A stretch of DNA of 64,000 nucleotides from Thermodesulfobacteriota bacterium (GCA_965203965.1 CBDBDR010000017.1:1408001-1472000); one strand, 5' to 3'. Shown: positions 10,427-20,553, numbered from the stretch's first letter. A program made the numbers and translations. Notes: generated by a model not told the origin, from the letters alone.

Positions 10427-10555
10427 GGATGGACAGCAAAATCTCGCTTACCATTACGGTTAGGTAAATCCTGGAGACTGAGGACGTAACCCCTAAGAAG
10501 GCAGAGAGGAACCCGAGCCCTCTTGTCCACCCCAGAGGGAACCAGGCGACCCCTC
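10427..10555 (+). ncRNA. Putative structured ncRNA 2, convergent with muF
   Basis: Closing stem TGGACAG/TTGTCCA, GCAAAA, TTACC/GGTAA hairpin, CCTGG, GAGG/CCTC arm, 3' hairpin GAGGG/CCCTC with CCAGG loop. Confidence 0.6.
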
Positions 10556-11774
10556 AATTTTCCTCTTTCCTCATAACTTTTCCCCCAATTTTAATTATGT
10601 GTTCTCTGTAATCAGAATTAGCTTCAAAAAATGTATTTACGTTCACACCATTTTTTACCACGCTTATAGGCACGGTGTATTCTTTGTTTTGAATTTTTTT
10701 AAAAAGAAGGAAATCAGAAACACCTTTGGGGTTGGTGATAACCTCTCCTTTCTCAACTATATCTTGAATTTTTGCAAGGTCTGCGGAGGTTATTTCTTTG
10801 TGTTTCTTTCTTATATGTTTTGCAGTGTTGCTGTGCAACAAAACTGCCTTATTTTCTGCCCCTATTATTTTTGAGGTGGCAGGGTCTACCACTGCCACTG
10901 CAAACTTGCCTCCGATCCTGCCTTCAAAAAACAAATTAGCGTTAGGGCTGGAAGCAATGTTTGTGGCAAAGTGCCTTGCCGTGGGATAGTCATATTTATT
11001 TAAATCAGGTTGATAAGTAGCTTTGTAGGGATTAAAGCCAAAGCTGGCGTGAGGCAACACTACTTTGCCAGTAGGAAGGCGGTATCCGGTAAGGTTTACG
11101 CTCTTTGGGTTGTTGACAGTGCCAATTTCAACCTTGCTTCTCACCAGCTTGCCTTTTGAACTGCTAACCTCCCATTCTCTGCTGGTTATCTGTTTTTGGG
11201 TCAACGTCCGTTTGTTACAACGGCAGTTGTAATCCAGCGGTGGAGTAAAAGTGTTCCAGAAAGGATCATCAACCGGAAATATACTGCCGTCAAGCTCAGC
11301 GTGGCTTTCCCGAGTGCGGGAATCATGCAGTGCGATAAATTGGGCAAAAGGACGGCGCTTTTTATTTTTCTCAATAGACGCTTCCCTGCCCACAGCATAG
11401 GCAGATAGTAGGTTTGTGCGATAGATAGTCTTTAAGCGGTGCGGGGGAAATCTCTCGGCAAGTATCTCTCCTGTTTTGAGGTCGGCAATTTGCTTCTTGC
11501 CGTCCCAACCCTTATTTTCCAGAACTCCGCCGAGCTCGTTTTTGAATTGGCGAAAAGTCTTGCCATCGGTCAAAGCCCCGTCAAGTGCCGTTTTTATATC
11601 TTTCAGCAGGTCTATTTTTGCGACATTTGCAACGGTGAAAACGTGTGCATGAGCTTCGCCAAGCACCTCACGCCAACCACGCGAGACCTTGTATTGCCTT
11701 GATCTTAGGTAATTAACTGCCTGCTCGGGCGTCCTTCTGAACATGAAGTTCAAGTTAATTGTTTTCGGGGGCAT
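10554..11774 (-). CDS. Phage Mu gpF-like (MuF) head morphogenesis protein with C-terminal putative nuclease (PBECR-like) extension
   Basis: FTVANVAKIDLLKDI, RLKTIYRTNL, DSRTRESHAELDG, PPLDYNCRC; about 150-aa extension with HIRKKH. Confidence 0.85.
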   Translation of the reverse strand: MPPKTINLNFMFRRTPEQAVNYLRSRQYKVSRGWREVLGEAHAHVFTVANVAKIDLLKDIKTALDGALTDGKTFRQFKNELGGVLENKGWDGKKQIADLKTGEILAERFPPHRLKTIYRTNLLSAYAVGREASIEKNKKRRPFAQFIALHDSRTRESHAELDGSIFPVDDPFWNTFTPPLDYNCRCNKRTLTQKQITSREWEVSSSKGKLVRSKVEIGTVNNPKSVNLTGYRLPTGKVVLPHASFGFNPYKATYQPDLNKYDYPTARHFATNIASSPNANLFFEGRIGGKFAVAVVDPATSKIIGAENKAVLLHSNTAKHIRKKHKEITSADLAKIQDIVEKGEVITNPKGVSDFLLFKKIQNKEYTVPISVVKNGVNVNTFFEANSDYREHIIKIGGKVMRKEEN

Positions 11775-12040
11775 TGCTTATCTCTCCCCATAGGCGGGCT
11801 ATTGCCCATTTGTTTTCAAGAATTTTTGCTATCTTTTTGGTATCAATGTCGGAATAAGCAGCGTCAAGTTTTTCCGCAAACTCTTTGTAATTTTTACTTT
11901 CTTCTGCAAGATCAATGACCGTCTGGAGCAGTGCCTGCGATTGCTCCAGCAGCTCGTCGTCGGAAGCAGTGCCGACTTCTGCGACGTCGTCAGGGTCGTC
12001 GCCCTCGGCGAATTCAGGGTTATTGTTTGATGGGGGTGGT
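11755..12040 (-). pseudogene. 3' fragment of a Mu gp29-like (DUF935) portal gene
   Basis: Hand translation ...EFAEGDD...LLQTVIDLAEESKNYKEFAEKLDAAYSDIDTKKIAKILENKWAIARLWGEISNAPENN*; overlaps the muF start; no start codon. Confidence 0.65.
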
Positions 12041-12349
12041 TAATAACAAGGTGGCCAACTGCTTAAATACATCCTGCTTCACATTCCAGAACACAAGCAT
12101 TACGTTGAGGTCTTTAGCGGTAAGAGGTAAAAATTTTGGCGGAATTATTGACGCTTTAAATGGGATTTAAACGGGATTTAGACGGTGTTTAACAAGGGAT
12201 TAGTTCCGCCTTACAAAAAATGATCGAAAATAGAAAAGTAGTGTAGATATCTAACGAACCTAATCCTTTTTTAACATTGACTTTTTTACTTTCAGTCAGT
12301 CAGTTTTCAGTTTTTTATCCCATTGTGCCATTTTAGTTATCCCGTTATA

Positions 12350-12460
12350 GTTGTAGATAGGATTTGCCACCATATCCTGCATCTTCATCTAAGACGACCT
12401 ACTAATTTCTACTGTTGTAGATCGGGATCATCTTAGACCTATTTTTTTACTGTTGTAGAT
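12350..12460 (+). CRISPR. Degenerate orphan type V-A (Cas12a)-like mini-array
   Basis: Full 36-nt repeat ATCTAAGACGACCTACTAATTTCTACTGTTGTAGAT (12387-12422), partial repeat GTTGTAGAT (12350-12358), 28-nt spacer, degenerate repeat 12430-12460. Confidence 0.8.
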
Positions 12461-12513
12461 TATCCAATTGACAGTAGTTACTATTGTTGTTACTTTAATC
12501 ATACAGGTGCAAA

Positions 12514-12753
12514 ATGTTCGGTTCCTTTGGCGCGTTAGAGTTAGTAATAGTTTTAGTGATCCTTCTTTTGATCTTTGGTCCCAGTAGGCTGGGTGAGATA
12601 GGGTCTTCTCTTGGTAAAGGAATAAAAGGATTTAGAAGATCATTAAAGGATGATGAGATTGATACTGCATCAGCACGGAAAGAAAAGGCATCTGATACTG
12701 AGGTTGAAGTTTTTTCAGCTCCTAAAAGATCCGACGATCAACAACCTAAATAA
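12514..12753 (+). CDS. tatA: Twin-arginine translocase TatA
   Basis: ELVIVLVILLLIFGPSRL...LGKGIKGFR. Confidence 0.9.
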   Translation: MFGSFGALELVIVLVILLLIFGPSRLGEIGSSLGKGIKGFRRSLKDDEIDTASARKEKASDTEVEVFSAPKRSDDQQPK

Positions 12754-12763
12754 TACGTATCAA

Positions 12764-13189
12764 CTATTCGGATTTTTCAGCTAACTCCACTAACACACCA
12801 TTCATAGAAGAAGGGTGAATAAAAGCGACCTTTATCTTGTCTGCTCCTATTCTTGGTTTCTCGTCTATAAGCCTTACGCCTTTATTTTTAAGCTCGTTCA
12901 ATCTGGCTTGCAAATCGTCAACGTAAAAGCATATATGGTGTATTCCCTCGCCCCTTTTGTCCAAGAAGTTGGCGATCGGTGAGTTTTCTCCGGTCGGTTC
13001 AATAAGTTCAATTGCCGTTCCACTACCGCTTGTAGGTTGAAGCATTGCGGCACGGACTCCCTGTTCGGGGATCTCTTCCTTATGAGTGGTTTTCAAGCCG
13101 ATTGTGTCATTGAATATTTTTTCTGCTGTATCAAGGTCTTTGACCGCTATTGCAATGTGATAAAGACTGCCGTTCTCATATACATTCAT
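12764..13189 (-). CDS. mce: Methylmalonyl-CoA epimerase
   Basis: HIAIAV, IELIEP, GEGIHHIC, AFIHP..NGVLVEL. Confidence 0.88.
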   Translation of the reverse strand: MNVYENGSLYHIAIAVKDLDTAEKIFNDTIGLKTTHKEEIPEQGVRAAMLQPTSGSGTAIELIEPTGENSPIANFLDKRGEGIHHICFYVDDLQARLNELKNKGVRLIDEKPRIGADKIKVAFIHPSSMNGVLVELAEKSE

Positions 13190-13199
13190 ACCTGCACCA

Positions 13200-13958
13200 T
13201 TAGGGTTTTTCTTCAATTTTTAAATGTAACACCTGCTCCGTTTTTCCACCGTCACCATCTTCTACCATGATAATGACGTTGTATTTCCCCCCGGCTTTAC
13301 CCTTCTTGTATTGCCACTTTATCTCTCCAGTGTCTGAGATACTCATGCCTTCCGGTGGATCTTTGAGCGAGTAGGTCAGCACGTCTTCATCTGGATCCGT
13401 TGCCTCAACCTGATAAGTAAACTCTTCATTAGTCGATGGGCCAGTCGGTTGGGATATGATCTTAGGGGGAGAATTTGGGATCTTCATAGTTACGTCATAT
13501 ATCAGGATACTTTCTCCCTCTTCCGTATAAGGAATGACCTCAACCGTGATCTTGTCGCCTTTTGTAAAGCTATTTGACCATTCTAGTTTGTTTGCGTCTT
13601 CGCCGTATATTTCATCGCCGTTATGTTTCCACTTGTATAAATAGTTTAGTGTGTCGCTATCTGTGCTATCAGTATTTACCACAGTTGCTCTGAAACCATC
13701 CCTGGTGTTGCCGGATATGGTTTCGATTTTGACGGATTTTATGGGAATAAGTTGCTTTGGAGACTTAGGGTCATATTCCGTGTATGGTTCATTATTAGCT
13801 TCTTTATGGACGGTTTCGGTTTCCATACCAATATTGGTGGTAGTTTTTTCCGGTCTAACATACGGTTGTTCCGTTCTGTTTTCATCCGAGCTACTAAAAG
13901 TTGTGTATAGAATAATTATTAAGGCTATGACTGCGACTATATAAGCAAATTTTTTCAT
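13200..13958 (-). CDS. Membrane-anchored protein with Ig-like domain
   Basis: N-terminal TM; NSPPKI...YQVEATDPDEDVLTYSL..PPEGMSI. Confidence 0.65.
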   Translation of the reverse strand: MKKFAYIVAVIALIIILYTTFSSSDENRTEQPYVRPEKTTTNIGMETETVHKEANNEPYTEYDPKSPKQLIPIKSVKIETISGNTRDGFRATVVNTDSTDSDTLNYLYKWKHNGDEIYGEDANKLEWSNSFTKGDKITVEVIPYTEEGESILIYDVTMKIPNSPPKIISQPTGPSTNEEFTYQVEATDPDEDVLTYSLKDPPEGMSISDTGEIKWQYKKGKAGGKYNVIIMVEDGDGGKTEQVLHLKIEEKP

Positions 13959-13985
13959 TGGTATTTTGTTATTATGTTTCTCAGT

Positions 13986-15482
13986 TTACTTGGTGTTGAT
14001 GTCGTTATAGATTTTGAAATTGTGGTTACTTTTCAGAGAATCGTTAGCAACGAATTTGATCTTGATTCCCGTTTTGCTTTCCAGATCTGAAAGGTTGTGT
14101 TTTTCTGATTCGGTTATGTAACTGATTATATCATCAGCCGCTTCAATTGTGATATTGCCAGATCTCGGTTTTCTCAGATTTGATCTTACCTTCCTTATGA
14201 TCTCATATCCTATTGTCTGGACTGACTTGATCTTACCCAGTCCGTTACAGATTGTGCAGTTGTGGCTAAGAGTATTTAACAAACTTTCCCGTGATCTCTG
14301 ACGCGTTAATTGAACAACTGAAAACCGCGATATGTCCTGAACGGATATTTTTGCTTTGTCGTTTTTCAGGGCGTGTCTAAATGTTCGGTAGAAGCTGTCT
14401 TGGGACTTTTCATCTTGCACGTTGACAAAATCAATTACAATAATTCCCACAAGGTTCCTGAGCCTGATCTGTCTGGCTACTTCTTCCGCCGCCTCGGTAT
14501 TTATCTTTAGCAGGGTCTTTTCCTGATCCGAGACTCCTGTATATTTGCCCGTATTAACGTCAATTACCGTAAGACCTTCGGTTTCCTCTATTATCAGAAA
14601 ACCGCCTGAATCCAACCATACTTTCTTTTTGTATATATTCTCAATCTCACTTTCTATCTTGTATTTTTCAAAAAGGGGCTGTTTTTGTCTGTGCAAAGTG
14701 ACGTTGATCTTTTTCCCGTTGTGGTTATCGGATAGATATTCTTTTATCAATTCCTGCGTTTCCGGTGAATCAACAACTATTTTATTAGTGTCTTTGTTTA
14801 TCAAGTCTCTTGCAACCTTAAGTGTTAGGCACGGTGTTTCATATAGAAGATTGGGTTTTTTCCTGCTTTTGTATGATTTTAATATTTTTTTCCACGTTTC
14901 GGTGAGGTTTTTTATTTCTTTTACAATATCAGTTTTTTGAGCTTTTTCTGAGAACGTGCGTGCAATGAATCCGACGTTCTTTTGCTTATGAGCCTTTATG
15001 ATTTCAAGCAGCCTCTTCCTTTCCTTTTCGTTAGTTATCTTACGGGAAACCCCCAGCACGCTAAATGGAGCCACCAACACCACCAGTTTGCCGGGAATTG
15101 AAATATAAGAAGCCAGTTTTGGTCCTTTTGCTTTTACAGGTTCTTTGACAACCTGCACTATGACGCTCTGTCCTTCTGTAAGTCCGAGCTGTTCAAGACT
15201 GCCAGATGTTTTCAAGTCGGAATTCTCTTCTTCATCAATATATTCGGCAAGATACTTGGTATAGATATTTTTAAGGGAAATAAAGCCTGATTTTCCTGAA
15301 CCGATACTGACAAAAGCCGACCCCATGCCATTGATCACCTTTTCAACTCTGCCCTTGTATATGTTGCCTACGATCTGAGGCGCGGGATCCCGCTCAACGT
15401 GTATCTCGGCAAGCCGTTTGTTCTCGATCAAGGCGACCCGCGTTTCATTGAACGTGATATTTATTAAAATCTGGTTTTTCAT
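13986..15482 (-). CDS. rng: Rne/Rng family ribonuclease (RNase G size)
   Basis: VGNIYKGRV, VIDVNTG, QIRLRNLVGIIVIDF. Confidence 0.88.
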   Translation of the reverse strand: MKNQILINITFNETRVALIENKRLAEIHVERDPAPQIVGNIYKGRVEKVINGMGSAFVSIGSGKSGFISLKNIYTKYLAEYIDEEENSDLKTSGSLEQLGLTEGQSVIVQVVKEPVKAKGPKLASYISIPGKLVVLVAPFSVLGVSRKITNEKERKRLLEIIKAHKQKNVGFIARTFSEKAQKTDIVKEIKNLTETWKKILKSYKSRKKPNLLYETPCLTLKVARDLINKDTNKIVVDSPETQELIKEYLSDNHNGKKINVTLHRQKQPLFEKYKIESEIENIYKKKVWLDSGGFLIIEETEGLTVIDVNTGKYTGVSDQEKTLLKINTEAAEEVARQIRLRNLVGIIVIDFVNVQDEKSQDSFYRTFRHALKNDKAKISVQDISRFSVVQLTRQRSRESLLNTLSHNCTICNGLGKIKSVQTIGYEIIRKVRSNLRKPRSGNITIEAADDIISYITESEKHNLSDLESKTGIKIKFVANDSLKSNHNFKIYNDINTK

Positions 15483-15638
15483 AGAAGAGTTAAAAAGATC
15501 ATTTTACATAATTATAATATCTATATGATATACAAAAATTGTCAGCAGTTAAAACCACTTTTAAAACGAGTGGTTTATGTGTAAAATCCTGACAGGAGTA
15601 CCAGTATTCATAGCATTGGGTCAGGGAGGTTTGAAAAG

Positions 15639-16631
15639 ATGTTAAAAATCAGAACTTTGCTTGTAATATTTATGTTGGCTACCGTTTCCGTGGCGGAAGG
15701 TGGCACGACCGTATATATAATTAAAGAAGGGGATACTTTATCCAATCTTGCGGAGAGATTTTATGGGAAAGGGATTCTATGGCCTAAGATATGGAAGTCT
15801 AATCGTTACATTGATGATCCCGATCTAATTTACCCTAATGATCAACTCACGGTTATAAATCCTTATTCACCATCCGGTTTGCCGTTCGTGAAATTGGAGC
15901 CCGGAGTTGATTTGAAAACACTAAAGAATATAAAACCTCCCAATCCGATCTATTTTTATTCCTGGAGACAAAGCAGTGGTTTTGTTACAAAAGAGCGTTG
16001 GAAAAAGCTGGGTTCTATAGTTTCTTCTGAGATTCCCAAAATTCTTTTGGGCAAAGGTGATAGAGTTTATCTTAATTTAGGATCTGGTTCAGGAACACGC
16101 CCGGGTGACAAGTTCACCCTTTTCAGGGATTCTGCACTCGTTATTCATCCTCTTACCGGGAAAAAGGTCGGATACAAAGTGGCAAATATAGGTGAAGTTG
16201 AGATACTCAGCATTCTTGACAAGGATCTGTCATACGGCGTAATTACCGATTCATACAGGGAAATAACAAAAGGTGTAAGACTCAAGCCGGTGGTTCCTTA
16301 CGTCTCGGAAGTATTAATGAGAAAAGGAAAAACTCGAGTTGAGGGGGTTATACTGGAGTCCAAAAATGACACTAAGTTAAATGGTACAGGAAGTGTGGTT
16401 TATATTGACGTTGGCAAAAAAGACAACATAGTTGCGGGGCACACTTTTTCTATATTCCCATATCGTGGCAGAACGGCTTACGATCTTGAAAATAAAAAAA
16501 CAGTAAAGATACCAGGACGCAATATCGGGCAGTTGGTTGTTTTGAAGGCAGAGGAACACATCTCAACCGGCGTTATCACAAAAAGTTCCGGACAGGTTGA
16601 AAATGGTTATTTAGTTGTTTTGGATATATAA
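15639..16631 (+). CDS. LysM peptidoglycan-binding exported protein
   Basis: Signal peptide; YIIKEGDTLSNLAERFYG...WPKIW..N..IDDPDLIYP. Confidence 0.85.
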   Translation: MLKIRTLLVIFMLATVSVAEGGTTVYIIKEGDTLSNLAERFYGKGILWPKIWKSNRYIDDPDLIYPNDQLTVINPYSPSGLPFVKLEPGVDLKTLKNIKPPNPIYFYSWRQSSGFVTKERWKKLGSIVSSEIPKILLGKGDRVYLNLGSGSGTRPGDKFTLFRDSALVIHPLTGKKVGYKVANIGEVEILSILDKDLSYGVITDSYREITKGVRLKPVVPYVSEVLMRKGKTRVEGVILESKNDTKLNGTGSVVYIDVGKKDNIVAGHTFSIFPYRGRTAYDLENKKTVKIPGRNIGQLVVLKAEEHISTGVITKSSGQVENGYLVVLDI

Positions 16632-16643
16632 ATTGGCAGTTCT

Positions 16644-17048
16644 TTATTGTCCGAGTTTGACTATGGTGTCGTACTCACTTTTTTTTAAGGGCATTACTGA
16701 CAGTCTTCCCTGCTTTATAAGTGCAACGTTTTTCAGTTCTTTGTTTGCTTTGATAGTTTTCAGGCTAACTGGTTTGTCTAAAGACGTGAGCGGTTTAAGG
16801 TCGGTTACAACCCATCTGTCGTCATCGGTGGTGGGGTCTTGATAAAATTCCCTTATTACTTCGGCTACACCTACTACCTCTAATCCTTTGTTACTGTGAT
16901 AAAAGAGAACTTTGTCGCCAATTTTCATCTCTTTTAAGTTGTTCCTTGCCTGATAGTTTCTCACGCCATCCCAATACGTCCAGCCGTCCCTTAAAAAGTC
17001 CTGCCATGAGTATTTGAATGGTTCGGATTTAACAAGCCAGTATTGCAT
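16644..17048 (-). CDS. EVE domain protein
   Basis: YWLVKSEP, WDGVRNYQARN, GRLSVMP. Confidence 0.92.
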   Translation of the reverse strand: MQYWLVKSEPFKYSWQDFLRDGWTYWDGVRNYQARNNLKEMKIGDKVLFYHSNKGLEVVGVAEVIREFYQDPTTDDDRWVVTDLKPLTSLDKPVSLKTIKANKELKNVALIKQGRLSVMPLKKSEYDTIVKLGQ

Positions 17049-17162
17049 GCGGTTATTATATTAGTAGCCTTTCCCGTTTGCAAATCCGCCTTTCTATAGC
17101 AAGACTTTTCAGTATATTTATTGACTTGTTATTAATTTCTGAAGTTTTCTTAGAGGTTTTTT

Positions 17163-17885
17163 ATGGAGATAATTCCGGCAATTGATCTGAAAGATGGAAA
17201 ATGTGTCAGGTTGTTCAAGGGCGAGGAAGGAACCGAAACGGTATTTTCCACGGATCCACTTGAGACTGCTAAACAATGGGAAGCATGCGGCGCCAAGTGG
17301 ATACATTTAGTTGATCTTAACGGTGCATTTAAGGGAGTACCCGAAAATTTTGAGATCATTCGTGAAATCTCAAGACGTGCAGGATGTTCAATACAAGTAG
17401 GTGGTGGAATAAGGAACATTGAAACAGTTGATAAATATATGTCTGTTGGAGTTGAAAGGGTTATAATAGGAACCAAGGCTTTTACAGATGATCAATTTAT
17501 CAAGAAAGCCTGCGAGAAATACCCGGGGAAAATAGCCGTAGGCTTTGATACAAAAAGTGGTAAGATCGCCATAAAGGGATGGAAAGAGGTGCTTGACGTT
17601 AGCGCAAGTGAAGCAGTTGATAAATTGGAAGGTTTTGGCATCTGCATGTTTATAAATACAAGTGCCGATAGAGACGGTACAATGGAAGGTATAGACCCGA
17701 AGCCAATTAAGAAATTTATTGATCTATGTTCAAAGCCCGTTATTGCATCCGGCGGCGTTGCATCAATGGATGATATTCAAAAGCTCTCGGATTTGAACTC
17801 TCCCAAGTTATACGGGGTGATACTTGGCAGGTCGATCTATTCAGGCTCAATTGATCTCAGGGTAGCGATCAAAAGGTATAGTTGA
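17163..17885 (+). CDS. hisA: ProFAR isomerase HisA
   Basis: [32 protein letters not shown]. Confidence 0.95.
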   Translation: MEIIPAIDLKDGKCVRLFKGEEGTETVFSTDPLETAKQWEACGAKWIHLVDLNGAFKGVPENFEIIREISRRAGCSIQVGGGIRNIETVDKYMSVGVERVIIGTKAFTDDQFIKKACEKYPGKIAVGFDTKSGKIAIKGWKEVLDVSASEAVDKLEGFGICMFINTSADRDGTMEGIDPKPIKKFIDLCSKPVIASGGVASMDDIQKLSDLNSPKLYGVILGRSIYSGSIDLRVAIKRYS

Positions 17886-18643
17886 TGATCTCAAAAAGAA
17901 TTATTCCCTGTCTGGACGTTAAAGACGGGAGAGTTGTTAAGGGCGTACAGTTTTTAAATCTCCGTGACGCGGGCGATCCAGTAAAGATCGCGAAAAAATA
18001 CAGCAAGCAAGGTGCCGATGAAATTACCTTTCTGGACATTACTGCTTCCCATGAGAACAGGGAGACCATGATAGACGTCGTTGAAAGAACCGCAAGTGAA
18101 GTATTTGTTCCTTTAGCCGTTGGTGGCGGGGTAAGGGTTCTTGATGACGTGAGAAATTTACTGCTTGCAGGTGCGGATAAGGTTGCCATAAATACCGCTG
18201 CGGTTAAACGTCCTCAGTTCATTAAAGATGCTGCTGAAAAATTTGGAAGCCAGTGTATCATTGTTGCGATCGATGCCCGATCAGAAGGGAGAGATAAGTG
18301 GACGGTATATACGCACGGCGGTAGAAATCCAACTGGAATAGATGCAGTTGAGTGGGCCGTTAAAATGGAGTCCTTGGGTGCTGGGGAGATATTGTTGACA
18401 AGCATGGACAAGGATGGAACAAAGGACGGTTATGATATAGAACTTACAAGGACAGTGTCAAGATCTTTGAACATACCGTTAATAGCGTCAGGTGGAGCTG
18501 GTAAAGTTGAACATTTAATGGATGCAATTAACTATGGTGAAGCCGATGCCGTTCTCTGTGCATCCGTGTTCCACTATGGAGAGTTCACGATCCCAGAGGT
18601 AAAAGAGCTCCTGAAATCAAAGGGTATATTGACAAGAATTTAA
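17885..18643 (+). CDS. hisF: Imidazole glycerol phosphate synthase HisF
   Basis: [35 protein letters not shown]. Confidence 0.96.
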   Translation: MISKRIIPCLDVKDGRVVKGVQFLNLRDAGDPVKIAKKYSKQGADEITFLDITASHENRETMIDVVERTASEVFVPLAVGGGVRVLDDVRNLLLAGADKVAINTAAVKRPQFIKDAAEKFGSQCIIVAIDARSEGRDKWTVYTHGGRNPTGIDAVEWAVKMESLGAGEILLTSMDKDGTKDGYDIELTRTVSRSLNIPLIASGGAGKVEHLMDAINYGEADAVLCASVFHYGEFTIPEVKELLKSKGILTRI

Positions 18644-18652
18644 GAGCATTTT

Positions 18653-19690
18653 ATGAAGATCAGAGAACAATATCAGAAGATTGAAAGACAAATACTGTCT
18701 CCTTTTGCCGTGCTAAGCTCTGAATCAAGGGGAAGGCAAGTAACCGAGGATCCATGCGAAATAAGAACGCCTTTTCAGCGGGACAGGGATAGGATAGTTC
18801 ATTGCAAGTCGTTTAGAAGAATGAAACACAAAACGCAAGTGTTCCTTTCTTCTACAAACGATCATTACAGGACACGATTAACACATGTTATAGAGGTTTC
18901 TCAGATTGCAAGGACGATATCAAGGGCATTAAAGTTAAATGAAGATCTTACTGAAGCCATAGCACTTGGGCACGATTTGGGACACACTCCTTTTGGACAC
19001 GTGGGGGAGTCGGTCTTGAACGAGATATACCCAGAAGGCTTCAAGCACGTGGAGCAAAGCCTCAGGGTCATTGACGTTTTAGAGAACGATGGGAAGGGGC
19101 TTAACCTTACTTACGAAGTGAGAGATGGGATAGCCAAGCACTCAAAAGGTAGAGGTCCTGTGGATGCTCCGGACTGCGTGCCTGCTACAATGGAAGGTCA
19201 AGTCGTCAGAGTATCGGATCTGGTCGCTTATGCTAACCATGATCTGGATGATGCTATCAGGTCTGGAATTATTACATTGAGCGACGTTCCAGATGAATAT
19301 ATAGGTTTTCTGGGCAAAACAAGTTCCAAAAGGGTGAACAAGATGGTTACGGACATAATTTGTGAAACAACGAGCTCAAATGGAAGAAAGGTTTTAATAA
19401 GTGAGGAGCTTGAAGGCATAATGGAAGGGTTAAAGGAGTATCTTTTTAAAGCGGTTTATTTGAGTGATAAAGTAAGGAACAGTTTTGACGAAGCTAAAAG
19501 AATTGTAAAAGAGCTCTATTATTATTTTTACGATAATAAAGAAACTTTTCGAAAACTCTACGGAAAACAGCCAATTAAGGGTGAGAGATTGGAAAGAGAG
19601 ATATGTGATTTTATTGCTGGTATGACCGATCCATACACCATTGATCTATATTACAATTTATTCCCTGATAGACAGCGAGGGATTGACTAA
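18653..19690 (+). CDS. dgt: dGTP triphosphohydrolase-like HD protein
   Basis: FQRDRDRI, HKTQVF, RTRLTH, HDLGHTPFGH, DFIAGMTD. Confidence 0.9.
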   Translation: MKIREQYQKIERQILSPFAVLSSESRGRQVTEDPCEIRTPFQRDRDRIVHCKSFRRMKHKTQVFLSSTNDHYRTRLTHVIEVSQIARTISRALKLNEDLTEAIALGHDLGHTPFGHVGESVLNEIYPEGFKHVEQSLRVIDVLENDGKGLNLTYEVRDGIAKHSKGRGPVDAPDCVPATMEGQVVRVSDLVAYANHDLDDAIRSGIITLSDVPDEYIGFLGKTSSKRVNKMVTDIICETTSSNGRKVLISEELEGIMEGLKEYLFKAVYLSDKVRNSFDEAKRIVKELYYYFYDNKETFRKLYGKQPIKGERLEREICDFIAGMTDPYTIDLYYNLFPDRQRGID

Positions 19691-19731
19691 ACGTTTAACA
19701 AAGCTGATCGTTCGGCTTAAAGGAGTATGTT

Positions 19732-20535
19732 TTGCTGAGACTTGGAGATGTGCCGTTTTTGAACTCAAAGCCCTTGTTTTATTTATTAAAAAGTGGAAGT
19801 ATTGACTCTTGCATTGAGATCATCAGCCGTCCGCCTAACCTTCTTTCAGAACTGCTCAGGAAAAAAAATATAGACATGGGTCTTGTTCCGGTCGTTGAAT
19901 TACTCACACGGGGAAATTATAAAGTTGTCCCCGGGATCTCAATCTCATCGTATGGAAAAGTTGATAGCGTTATATTGATCTCCAAAAAGGAATTACGGGA
20001 CATAAGATCGGTGGCACTGGATGGGTATTCACTAAGCTCGGCAAATTTAACAAGGGTCTTATTTAAAAATTTTCTGGGCATGGATCCAGATTTTGTAACA
20101 AGAAGCTACGATGAGAATTTTTTTGCCGGTGTGGATTCAGGGATGCTTATTGGGGACACAGGCTTAAAGTTTCTATATAAAAATGCCGACCGAAGCGAGT
20201 ATAGAATATATGATCTGGGTGAGTTGTGGACTGATTTCACTGGTCTGCCTTTTGTCTATGCACTGCTTGCGGTCAATAATGGTGTAAATCTGGAAAACCA
20301 ACTGGATAATCTGATCAGATCCAAGAGGGAAGGAGTTGATTTTATTGATGAAATATGTGAAAAAGAGTCCGTGAAGATAGGAATTGGTAAGGAATTTTGC
20401 GTTAATTATATTACCAATAGAATACGTTATGATCTGAGTGACATGGAGATCAAGGGGATCTCAGAATTTGCAAAATGCCTGTCTAAGATCGGCATTGGAT
20501 CAGGGATCGACAAATTGGATTTTTACAAAAAATGA
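19732..20535 (+). CDS. mqnA: Chorismate dehydratase (futalosine pathway)
   Basis: FLNSKPL, LIGD, DLGELWTDFTGLPFVYA. Confidence 0.85.
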   Translation: MLRLGDVPFLNSKPLFYLLKSGSIDSCIEIISRPPNLLSELLRKKNIDMGLVPVVELLTRGNYKVVPGISISSYGKVDSVILISKKELRDIRSVALDGYSLSSANLTRVLFKNFLGMDPDFVTRSYDENFFAGVDSGMLIGDTGLKFLYKNADRSEYRIYDLGELWTDFTGLPFVYALLAVNNGVNLENQLDNLIRSKREGVDFIDEICEKESVKIGIGKEFCVNYITNRIRYDLSDMEIKGISEFAKCLSKIGIGSGIDKLDFYKK

Positions 20536-20553
20536 ATTTAAGAGGAGATACAG

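Noticed and set aside
10035..10555. Calling the structured elements true tRNAs or plain terminators
   Set aside because: They lack the D-loop GG, the TTC T-loop and a 7-nt anticodon arm. Only RNA 1 has a T tract, and each has its own promoter and multi-stem fold.
9758..10557. ORF-track ORFs 9758-9988, 10220-10489 and 10294-10557 (also 31914-32201)
   Set aside because: They are read-throughs of the palindromic repeat and the structured RNAs (TTPSGFACHPS, SPPVEGWQAKPDG) with no protein-like features.
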